Shown: one piece after another, positions 12,412-23,675 of the stretch | How the letters are laid out: every line of letters starts with the position of its first letter | Numbering within the stretch: position 1 is the first letter of the stretch | From: Phaeosaccion multiseriatum | Taxonomy: Eukaryota > Protista > Ochrophyta, other classes | Direction: 5' to 3' | DNA: 64,000 nt | Assembly: GCA_965112735.1 (NCBI GenBank) | Contig: OZ218955.1 | Location: forward strand, 558,001-622,000 | The notes under the pieces: generated by a model | What the model was told of the DNA's origin: nothing | Databases searched by the model: none | The model's input: only the letters and a program-made list of their open reading frames with translations | Translations under genes and position numbers: made by a program

Positions 12412-14122
12412 AAGACCTGAGCGAGGTGGGGGGTGGGTGGAGTATGTGGGAGGGGCGTTTCGAGGGACCTGAAGCCGTGTTGCCGCAGGTAGAGAGACGG
12501 GCGAGCGAGAGGGAAGGGAGAGCGAGGAGGGAGTGTGGACGTGTCGTGTAGGGGCTTAGTGGCCCACTGAGGCAAATGCGCTGTGCGAGGATGGCAACTC
12601 ATGTCTGGTAGAATGACTCCAGGATAGGACTGCTGTGCCTCCAAAGCGCCGCCGCGGTAGGACAGGATAGGAGGAATGGGAAATACGACCTTGGCTGGTT
12701 GCTTCTCCGTGCTTGACATGTTGTCTGTGTGCCTGTGCGTTGTCGTGCCGGATGGCACTTGTAGTAAGACCGCAGCAGCAGGGGATGTCGCCAGCTCGCC
12801 CGCTCCGAGTGGCGGTGAGCTCTTCTTGTCAGGCTTTTGCACGTGTGTACTGCCATCTCAGTACGTGGGAAGAAAGTAGCGAAGCAAGGCCTGTAGAAGA
12901 GAGACTTTGTTTTGCCTAGCCTATAGCCCTTTTTCCCATGGGGGCGAGCGGCTTAGGCGACTGGCGCGAAGCAGCTCAAGTATAGGCGCAATAGTTCAGT
13001 ATGAAAAGTCTAAGAAAGGGAATGCAGCAAGCACCGAAACAAATGATGCTCTGTTGCGCTGTTGAAAGGGTGGTGGAACAAATTGCCTTTTGTACCTCTG
13101 GGCTGATAACATCGCAAGTCCCCCAATGCCCCTACCATATACCTCTAATTCTCTCCTTCCTTATGCCTCTAGCCACCCCTCCCCATATTAAATCAGTGTG
13201 CGCCCTTGGTCATCATCTCCCTTATCTCCGCCACAAGAAGGCGGCCGAGACCTTCTCTCTCGGCCCCTGTTGCTGCTGCTGCTGGTGCTGCTGTATCGCC
13301 AACTGCTGTAGCTGCTGCGAGAGCTGCGAGTAGGGCGGCAGGCCCCCCTTTTTGAAGGAGGAGTTGCGCGAGTCCGAGGAAGCAGCGGCATCTTCTCCAA
13401 AAGGGTGCAGTGACTGTAGCGACGAGTGGAGAGGCTCTGAAATCTGCACACGATAATTAATATGTAGGATGAGTATGAGCGTAGATATTCCCCCCCCCGG
13501 GGGGGGGAAGAGGAAGGAAGAAATGGGCTGCCTACGCCTGGGCCATTGACATATTCTAAACCCCTTTGACACCTCTTCACTTGCAGCGTGAAAGGATTGA
13601 AGTGAAGGACGGCGAGAGGCAGAGTGGGAAAGCTGTTGAGAGAGCCCTTCTTCCTCTTCGCGTGTAGTGGTGCGCGCTTGGGGGGGGGGGGGAAGGGGTT
13701 CGTCTTTAGTCAGGCAGGGGCCGGCTTGATTCTCCCCCGCTCCTCACTGAGCTAGCGCTGCTTTGTCTCTTTACACAGCGAGTAAAGAGAAGGGTCGTGA
13801 TAGGAAGAGTGAGGGACCGCCCTCCTCTCTCTTCGCTTGTAGTGGGACATACCTGGGGGAGGAGGGGTTCCCTTGAGTCAGGCAGCGGCCTGCTTGGTTG
13901 GTTCCCCCCGGTCCTGACCTAGCTCCAGCGCTGCTTTGGCCTCTTACAGGACGTAGAGATAAGCGGCGGGCGAGATACAACGCTATTGGAACGGCCTCTT
14001 CCTTCTTCCCTCGAAGAGCGTACACGCCTGAGGAAGTGGGGGATCGTCTTGAGTCAGGGAGGTGCCTGATTCTTTGCTGTCCTCCTACTTCAACATTGGG
14101 GGGGGCTGGACTGTTCCTCAGC

Positions 14123-15801
14123 ATGCAGCGGGTGATATCCTCCGAGGTATGAGGTGAATGTATGTTATTGCTTGTGAATACTTAATCTCATGACAGCACA
14201 AAGACAGCGGTGCAAACGGGAACGGTGCGAGCGGAGGAGGTGACTTGCGGGAATGAAGCCCCTTATCCGGCGGGGTGGAGTACGCTGCTAAGCTTCGATC
14301 CAGCTGATACCAGTCGCACTGACCTCAAGCCCTTCGAATTGTATCCCTCTTCTCCACTGCTTTTGAACCCCCCTCCCTCTTACATCAGGCACAGCGCCTC
14401 TGCCAGGCTCTCCGGAGAAATCAGAACTTCTCAACAGTGAGAGCGCTCGTTAGGAAGCTCGTCGCAAAGCATGGCAAAGCGAGCTTAGATCATCCTATTG
14501 ACGAGGACGGTGGGACGGCTATGATTTGGGCTGCGGTAGAGGGCCGGCGGGATGTCGTGGACCTTCTGCTGCAGGAAGGGGCGTCCTTCAGTATCGGGGG
14601 AGGAGAGCCGGGGAGCACGCCATTGATTGAAGCTAGCGCGAGAGGACACGATCACATGGTGAGGCGGCTGTTGGACGTCGGAGCCGCCGTTGACCAACCC
14701 AATCCCGAAGGGGCGACGCCTCTGCTTATGGCTGCCCAGAATGGGCATTCCACAACTGTGCAGAAGCTCCTGTCGGCGCAGCCCGATGTCAACGCAGCCG
14801 CGACTAGGGGAGCGACTCCGATATGGATGGCCTCTCAGAATGGGCACACCTCCATCGTAGAGCAGCTCATCTCAGCCCAAGCGGACGTGAACAAAGCCAA
14901 CGATGAAGGAAGAACTCCACTCCTGATAGCGTCTGGACAAGGCCATGGGAGAGTGGTACAGCAGCTCATCTCAACCGAAGCGGACGTGAACAAAGCCGAC
15001 AATAGAGGAAGCACTCCACTCCAGAATGCGTCTGCCGAAGGCCATGTAAGAGTGGTACAGCAGCTCCTCAGGGCCCACGCCGAGATCGAGAAGGCTGATG
15101 ACGGAGGCCGGACTCCACTTTTTGTAGCCTCTATGCTCGGGCGTGCCTCTGTCGTGCAGCAGCTTCTCGATCACCATGCCAACATGAATACAAAGAGTAT
15201 TGAGGATGTGACTCCCTTCATTGCGGCGGCTATGAATGGACACTTGGCTGTGGTAGACAAGCTCTTGGCTGCAGGAGCGGACGTCAATTCTATTGGCCCT
15301 GGTGGCTCGACTTCTCTTCAAGGGGCCGCTCAAGAGGGACGCGATGCCGTGACGAAGCGCCTTCTTGCGGCGGGAGCAAGGGTGGACACAGTGACAAACG
15401 ATGGTGTAACAGCTCTCTTCCTTGCTGCAAGGAATGGGTACGAGGCAGTCGTCGCTCGTCTCATCTCTGCCGGATCTCCCATCGATGCCCCGCTTTCGAC
15501 GGGCTCCACCCCCCTCCTTTCTGCCATCTTCAAAGGCCATCACGGCATTGCACTGCAGCTCCTCTCGGCTGATGCCTCGGTGGACAAGGCCTTCGCTGTG
15601 GCACGGCGGCTCCAACTGGGCCCAGACATTGAGCAGCGAATCAAGGACGTGGCAGCGGCCTTCTTCCGGTCCCAAAGCGCGTTGGACCTCATGCGTAGGA
15701 GCGACCCGACGTTCGGCAAGGAGAGCGGGACCTTACCGCTGGAGAGGCCCTGGAGTGTTGGAAGCGAGACATGGGAGAGCATGGCGGAGGAGATGGGCTG
15801 A
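14123..15801 (+). CDS. Ankyrin array copy 4 (11 repeats, ~478 aa)
   Basis: Micro-exon 14123-14146 (MQRVISSE) + exon 14389-15801. Confidence 0.88.
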
Positions 15802-16785
15802 AAGGCCTGAGCGAGGTGGAGGACGTGGGAGGGGCGTTTCGAGGGACCTGAAGCCGTGTTGCCGCAGGTAGAGAGACGGGCGAGCGAGAGGGAAGGGAGA
15901 GCGAGGAGGGAGTGTGGACGTGTCGTGTAGGGGCTTAGTGGCCCACTGAGGCAAATGAGCTGTGCGAGGATGGCAACTCATGTCTGGTCGAATGACTCCA
16001 GGATAGGACTGCTGTGCCTCCAAAGCGCCGCCGCGGTAGGATAGGATAGAAGGAACGCGAATGCGGTCTTTGGCTGGTTGCTTCTCCGTGCTTGACATGT
16101 TGTCTGTGCGTCTGTGTGTTGTCGTGCCGGATGGCACTTGCAGTAGGACCGCACAGCAGGGGATATAGCCAGCTCGCTCGCTACGAGTGGCGGTGAGCTC
16201 TTCTCGTGTGTACTGCAATTTCAGTGCGTGGGAAGAAAGTAGCGAAGCAAGGCCTGGAGTGTGTAGGCGCAATAGTTCAGTATGATAGTCTAGTCTAAGA
16301 AAGGGAATGCAGCAAACCCCCAGCAAACCCCCGAACAAGAGATGCTCTGCTGCAGGTTGAGAAGGTGGTGGAAAAGTTGCCTTTTGTACCTCTGGGTTGA
16401 ATACATCGCAAGTCCCTCATGCCCCTACCATACACCTCTAAGTCTCTCCTTCCGTATGCCTCTACCCACCCCTCTCCATATCCCTCTTACTCAACTCAGT
16501 GTGGACCCTTGATCATGCATCAACTTACCTCCGCCGCGAGAGGACGGCCGAGACCTCCTCCCTCTGCCTCGTTGTTGCTGCTGCAGGTGCTGCTGTATCG
16601 CCAACTGCTGTAGCTGCGGCGAGGGCTGCGAGTAGGGCGGCAGGCCCCCCTTTTTGAAGGAGGAGTTGCGCGAGTCCGAGGAAGCGGGGGTATCTTCTCC
16701 AAAGGGTGCAGTGACTGTAACGACGAGTGGAGGGGCTCTGAAATCTGCACACGATAGAAAATATGTAAGATAAATATATATGAGA

Positions 16786-17183
16786 AGGGATATTGACTTA
16801 ATAGGAATCACGTAAGAAACCGAAAGGGGAATGTGAGTGTGTGTAGCTATGTGGTGCGTGTGTGTGTGTGTGTGTGTGTGCGGGTATCGCTGTGTCTCCG
16901 GGGGCCTCGAGGGGCCGGTTACTCCCCCTCGAGGGCGGGGAGGGGGAGTGCGGGACCGGCTCCGCGGTGGAGCCGACCCAGGAAGGCGCGCTAGCGAGAG
17001 CCACATCTGGTGGCTGCAGCTGACGAGACGGCGAAGTCTGGTCAGGACGTGGCCCTTGGTGGTGGAGGAGCCAGTGCGGCCCGTGCGAGTCACCACGTGC
17101 TCGGCGAGTGCGTGCAGGAGCGATTGCGCCTGTGTGGGCTGAGTCGACCGTGGGCCTCGATGGCGAATGTGGAAAACAATGCG
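16786..17183 (-). mobile_element. ~400-bp insertion, probable 5'-truncated non-LTR retrotransposon 3' end
   Basis: Absent from the other units; minus strand reads QAQSLLHALAEHVVTRTG...VLTRLRRLVSCSHQ, resembling the C-terminal helices of RLE-type LINE ORFs, followed by a (CA)n tract. Confidence 0.45.
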
Positions 17184-17720
17184 GGAGAGGAAGCAAGAAA
17201 TATGCCTACGCCTGGGCCATTGACATATTCTGGGCCGTTTATCCTTCCTTTCCCCCCCTTTTTTTTTTTTTTTTTTTTTTACTTCTTCTCTTGCAGGCGT
17301 GAAGGATTGAATTGAAGGACGTTTCGGCTGGCTCTCCCCCGCTCCTCGACTCACTGAGCTAGCGCTGCTTTGGCCTCCTGACACAGCGAGTAAAGAGAAG
17401 GGTCGTGATAGGAAGAGCGACGGACCGCCCTCCTCTCTCTTCCCTTTTGGAGGGGTTTCCTTGAGTTAGGCAGCGGCCTGCTTGGTTGTTTCCCCCCGTT
17501 CCTGACCTAGCTCCAGCGCCGCTTTGGCCTTCTACAAGACGTAGAGGAAAGACGCGGACGAGAGACAACGCTATTGGAACGGCCTCTCCCTTCTTCTCTT
17601 CTAGTGGGGCACGCGTGACGGAGTGGGGGACCATCTTTAGTCAGGGAGGCGCCGGCTTGATTCCCCCCTTCGCTCTCCTCCTACTTCAACTTTGGGGGGA
17701 AGGGAAGAATGTTCCGCAGC

Positions 17721-19312
17721 ATGGAGCGGGCGATATCCCCCGAGGTATGAGCTGAGTGTATATAAATGGTGGAGGTTTATATCATGACAGCACAGAGACA
17801 GCGGTACAAACGAGAGCGGTGCGAGCGGAGGAGGTGACTCGCGAGAATGAAAGCCTCTGATCCGGCGGGGTGGAGTACGCTTCTACACTTCGACACAGCT
17901 GATGCGAGTCGCATTGACCTCAAGCCCTTCGAATTGTATCCCTCTGTATCCCTCTTCTCCACGCACTGCTTCCGAACCCCCCTCCCTCTTTACATCAGGC
18001 TCGGCGCCTCTGCCAGGCTCTCCAGAGAAATGAGAACTTCTCAACAGTGAGAGCGCAGGTTAGGAAGCTCGTCGCGAAGCACGGCAAAGCGAGCTTAGAT
18101 CATCCTATTGACGAGGACGGTGTGACGGCTATGATTTGGGCTGCGGCAGACGACCGGCGGGATGTCGTGGACCTCCTGCTGCAGGAAGGGGCGTCCTTCA
18201 GTATTGGGGGAGGAGAGCCGGGGGGCACGCCATTGGTAGAAGCTAGCGCGAGAGGACACGATCACATGGTGAGGCGGCTGTTGGACGCCGGAGCCGCCGT
18301 TGACCAACCCAATCGCGAAGGGGTGACGCCTCTGCTTATGGCTGCCGAGAATGGGCATTCCACAACTGTGCAGAAGCTCCTGTTGGCGCAGCCCGATGTC
18401 AACGCAGCCGGGGGTACGGGAATGACTCCGATATGGATGGCCTCTCAGAATGGGCACACCTCCATCGTAGAGCAGCTCATCTCAGCCCAAGCGGACGTGA
18501 ACAAAGCCGACGATAGAGGAAGAACTCCACTCCTGATGGCTTCTAGACAAGGCCATGGGAGAGTGGTACAGCAGCTCCTCAGGGCCCACGCCGAGATCGA
18601 GAAGGCTATCAACGATGGCTTCACCCCGCTTGTTGCAGCCTCTTCATTCGGGCATGCCTCTGTTGTGCAACAGCTTCTCGATGAGCATGCCAGCATAAAT
18701 GCAAAGAGTATGGCGGATGTCACTCCCCTCATGGTGGCGGCTATGAATGGACACTTGGCTGTGGTAGACAAGCTCTTGGCTGCAGGAGCGGACGTCAATT
18801 CTATTGGCCCCGATGGCTCGACTTCTCTTCAAGGGGCCGCTCAAGAGGGACACGATGCCGTGACGAAGCGCCTTCTTGCGGCGGGAGCAAGGGTGGACAC
18901 AGTGACAAACGATGGTGTAACAGCTCTCTTCCTTGCTGCAAGGAATGGGCACGAGGCAGTCGTCGCTCATCTCATCTCTGCCGGATCTCCCATCGACATC
19001 GAGACCACGAGCGGCCTGACCCCTCTACTTACTGCCATCTTCGAAGGCCATAACGGCATTGCACTGCAGCTCCTCTCGGCTGATGCCTCGGTGGACAAGG
19101 CCTTCGCTGGGGCACGGCGGCTCCAACTGGGCCCAGACATTGAGCAGCGAATCAAGGACGAGGCAGCAGCCTTCTTCCGGTCCCAAAGCGCGTTGGACCT
19201 CATGCGTAGGAGCGACCCGACGTTCGGCAAGGAGAGCAGGACCTTGCCGCTGGAGAGGCCCTGGAGTGTTGGAAGCGAGACATGGGAGAGCATGGCGGAG
19301 GAGATGGGCTGA
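17721..19312 (+). CDS. Ankyrin array copy 5 (10 repeats, ~445 aa)
   Basis: Micro-exon 17721-17744 + exon 17999-19312. Confidence 0.88.
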
Positions 19313-21066
19313 AAGGCCTGAGAGAGGTGAGGGGTGGGTGGAGGACGTGGGAGGGGCGTTTCGAGGGACCTGAAGCCGTGTTGCCGCAGGTAGAGAGACG
19401 GGCGAGCGAGAGGGAAGGGAGAGCGAGGAGGGAGTGTGGACGTGTCGTGGAAGGGCTTAGTGGCCCACTGAGGCAAATGCGCTGTGCGAGGATGGCACCT
19501 CATGTCTGGTCGAATGACTCCAGAATAGGACTGCTGTGCCTCCAAAGCGCCGCCGCGGTAGGATAGGATAGGAGGAATGGGAAATACGACCTTGGCTGGT
19601 TGCTTCTCCGTGCTTGACATGTTGTCTGTGTGCCTGTGCGTTGTCGTGCCGGATGGCACTTGTAGTAAGACCGCAGCAGCAGGGAATGTCGCCAGCTCGC
19701 CCGCTCCGAGTGGCGGTGAGCTCTTCTTGTCAGGCTTTTGCACGTGTGTACTGCCATCTCAGTACGTGGGAAGAAAGTAGCGAAGCAAGGCCTGTAGAAG
19801 AGAGACTTTGTTTTGCCTAGCCTATGGACTCGTGGCCCATGGGGGCGAGCGGCTTAGGCGACTGGCGCGAAGCAGCTCTAGTGTAGGTCGCAATAGTGCA
19901 GTATGATAAGTCTAAGAAAGGGAATGCAGCAAACCCCCCACCAAGAGATGCTCTGTTGCGCTATTGAAAGCGTGGTGGCATATATTGCCTTTTGTACCTC
20001 TGGGCTGATAACATCGCAAGTCCCCCGTGCCCCTACCATAAATGCCTCTTATTCTCTCCTTCCTTATGCCTCTAGCCACCCCTCCCCATATCCCTCCAAC
20101 TACGTAACTCAGTGTGCGCCCTTGGTCATAATATCCCATACCTCCGCCACAAGAAGGCGGCCGAGACCTCCTCCCTCGGCCCCTTTGCTGGTGCTGCTGC
20201 AGGTGCTGCTGTATCGCCAACTGCTGTGGCTGCTGCGAGGGCTGTGAGTAGGGCGGCGGGCCCCCCGTTTTGAAGGAGGAGTTGCGCGAGTCCGAGGAAG
20301 CGGCAGCGGCATCTTCTCCAAAAGGGTGCGGTGACTGAAGCGACGACGAGTGCAGAGGCTCTGAAAACTGCACATGATAATTAGTATGTAAGATGAAGAG
20401 GAGAGAGAGAGGAATCCCCGGGGGACGAGGAAGCAAGAGATGGGCTGCCTACGCCTGGGCCATTGACATATTGTGGGCCCCTTCCCTCTGACACCTCTTC
20501 ACTTGCAGGCGTGAAAAAAAAAGGGATTGAATTGAGGGACGGCGAGGGGCAAAGTGCGGCAAGCCGTTGAGAGAGCCCTTCTTCCTCTTTGCGTGTGGTG
20601 GTGCGCACTTGGGGGGGGGGGGGAGGGGGTTCGTCTTGAGACAGGCAGGAGCCGGCTTGATTCTCCCCCGCTCCTCACCGAGCTAGCGCTGCTTTGGCCT
20701 CCATACACAGCGAGTAAAGAGAAGGGTCGTGATAGGAAGAGTGAGGGACCGCCCTCCTCTCTCTTCGCTTGTAGTGAGACATACCTGGGGGAGGAGGGTT
20801 TCCTTGAGTCAGGCAGCGGCCTGCTTGCTTGGTTTCCCCCCGGTCCTGACCCAGCTCCAGCGCTGTTTTGGCCTCCTACAAGACGTAGAGGAGAGCGAGT
20901 GGCGAGAGACAACGCTATTGGAGGGGCCTGTTCCTTCTTCCCTTCTACTGCGGCGCGCGCCTGAGGCAGTGGGGGATCGTCTTGAGTCAGGGAGGTGCCG
21001 GCTTGATTCCCCCCTTCGCTGTCCTCCTACTTCAGCTTTGGGGGCAAGGGGAGACTGTTGCTCAGT

Positions 21067-22643
21067 ATGGAGCGGGCGATATCCCCCGAGGTATGAGCTG
21101 AGTGTATATAAATGGTAGATGTTTATCTCATGACAGCACAGAGACAGCGGTACAAACGAGAACGGTACGAGCGGAGGAGGTGACTCGCGATAATGAAGCC
21201 TCTGATCCGGGGCGGAGTACGCTGCAAAGCTTCAATCCAGCTGATGCGAGTCGCATTGATCTCAAGCCCTTCGAATGGTATCCCTCTTCTCCACTGCTTC
21301 CGAACCCCCCCCCCCCTTTTTTACATCAGGCGCGGCGCCTCTCCCAGGCTCTCCAGAGAAATGAGAACTTCTCAACAGTGAGAGCGCTCGTTAGGAAGCT
21401 CGTCGCGAAGCACGGCAAAACGAGTTTAGATCATCCTATTGACAAGCACGGTAACACTGCTATGATGTGGGCGGCGGCAGACGACCGGCGGGATGTCGTG
21501 GACCTCCTGCTGCAAGAAGGGGCGTCATTCAGTATCGGGGGAGGAGCGCGGGGGAACACACCATTGACAGAAGCTTGCGTGAGAGGACACGATCACATGG
21601 TGAGGCGGCTGTTGGACGCCGGAGCCGCCGCTGACCAACCCAATCGCGAAGGGGCGACGCCTCTGCTTATGGCTGCCGAGAATGGGCATTCCACAACTGT
21701 GCAGAAGCTCCTGTTGGCGCAGCCCGATGTCAACGCAGCCGCGAGTACGGGAGTGACTCCGATATGGGTGGCCTCTCAGAATGGGCACACCTCCATCGTA
21801 GAGCAGCTCATCTCAGCCCAAGCGGACGTGAACAAAGCCGACGATGAAGGAACAACTCCACTCCTGATAGCGTCAGTACTAGGCCATGGGAGAGTGGTAC
21901 AGCAGCTCCTCAGGGCCCACGCCGAGATCGAGAAGGCTATCAACGATGGCTTCACCCCGCTTGTTGCAGCCTCTTCATTCGGGCATGCCTCTGTTGTGCA
22001 ACAGCTTCTCGATGAGCATGCCAGCATAAATACAAAGAGTATGGAGGCTGTCACTCCCCTCATGGGCGCGGCTGGGAGCGGACACTTGGCTGTGGTAGAC
22101 AAGCTCTTGGCTGCAGGAGCGGAGGTCGATTGTATTAGCCGCGATGGCTTGACTTCTCTTCAAGGGGCTGCTCAAGAGGGACACGAGGCTGTGACGAAGC
22201 GTCTTCTCTCTGCTGGAGCAAGGGTAGACACAGTGACCAACGATGGCGTAACAGCTCTCTTCCTTGCTGCAAGGAATGGGCACGAGGCAGTCGTCGCTCA
22301 TCTCATCTCTGCCGGATCTCCCATCGATGCCCCGCTTTCGACGGGCTTCACCCCCCTCCTTTCTGCCATCTTCAAAGGCCATCACGGCATTGCACTGCAG
22401 CTCCTCTCGGCTGATGCCTCGGTGGACAAGGCCTTCGCTGTGGCACGGCGGCTCCAACTGGGCCCCGACATTGAGCAGCGAATCAAGGACGAGGCAGCGG
22501 CCTTCTTCCGGTCCCAAAGCGCGTTGGACCTCATGCGTAGGAGCGACCCGACGTTCGGCAAGGAGAGTAAGACCTTACCGCTGGAGAGGCCCTGGAGTGT
22601 TGGAAGCGAGACATGGGAGAGCATGGCGGAGGAGATGGGCTGA
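21067..22643 (+). CDS. Ankyrin array copy 6 (10 repeats, ~445 aa)
   Basis: Micro-exon 21067-21090 + exon 21330-22643. Confidence 0.88.
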
Positions 22644-23675
22644 AAGGCCTGAGCGAGGTGGAGGACGTGGGAGGGGCGTTTCGAGGGACCTGAAGCCGTG
22701 TTGCCGCAGGTAGAGAGACGGGCGAGCAAGAGAGAGGGAAGGGAGAGCGAGAGGAGGGAGTGTGGACGTGTCGCGTAAGGGCTTAGTGGGCCACTGAGGC
22801 AAATGCGCTGTGCGAGGATGGCACCTCATGTCTGGTCGAACAACTCCAGGATGGGACTGCTGTGCCTCCAAAGCGCCGCCGCGGTAGGACAGGATAGGAG
22901 GAATGGGAAACACGACCTTGGTGGGTTGGTTCTTCGTGCTTGGCATGTGTCTGTGTGTCTATATGTTGTCGTGCCGGATGGCACTTGTAGTAAGACCTCA
23001 GCAGCAGGGGATATAGCCAGCTCGTCCGCTCCGAGTGGCGGTGAGCTCTTCTCGTCAGGCTTTTGCACGTGTGTACTGCCATCTCAGTACGTGGGAAGAA
23101 AGTAGTGAAGCAAGGCCTGGAGAAGAGAGGCTTTGCTTTGCCTAGCCTGTAGCCCTTTTTCCCATGGGGGCGAGCGGCTTAGGCGACTGGCGCGAAGCAG
23201 CTCAAATGTAGGCACAATAGTTCAGTGTGATAGTCTAGTCTAAGAAAGGAATGCAGCAATCCCCCGAACAAGAGATGCTCTGCTGCTGGTTGAGAAGGTG
23301 GTGGAATAGTTGCCTTTTGTACCTCTGGGCTGATAACATCGCAAGTCCCCCGTGCCCGCCCCTACCATATATGCCTCTAATTCTCTCCTTCGTTATGCGT
23401 CTAGCCACCCCTCCCCATATCCCTCCAACTACTTAACTCAGTGTGCGCCCTTGGTCATAGTATCCCGTATCTCCGCCACAAGAAGGCGGCCGAGACCTCC
23501 TCCCTCGGCCCCTTTGCTGCTGCTGCTGCAGGTGCTGCTGTATCGCCAACTGCTGTAGCTGCGGCGAGGGCTGCGAGTAGGCCCCCCTTTTTGAAGGAGG
23601 AGTTGCGCGAGTCTGAGGAAGCAGCGGCATCTTCTCCAAAAGGGTGCAGTGACTGTAGCGACGAGTGGAGGTCGG

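Noticed and set aside
12150-12842. Recurrent 150-260 aa antisense ORFs overlapping ankyrin 3' ends (MQKPDKK...RKKAAASSLIRC)
   Set aside because: Recurrence follows from DNA duplication; frames are broken at different places in different units and no domain is recognisable
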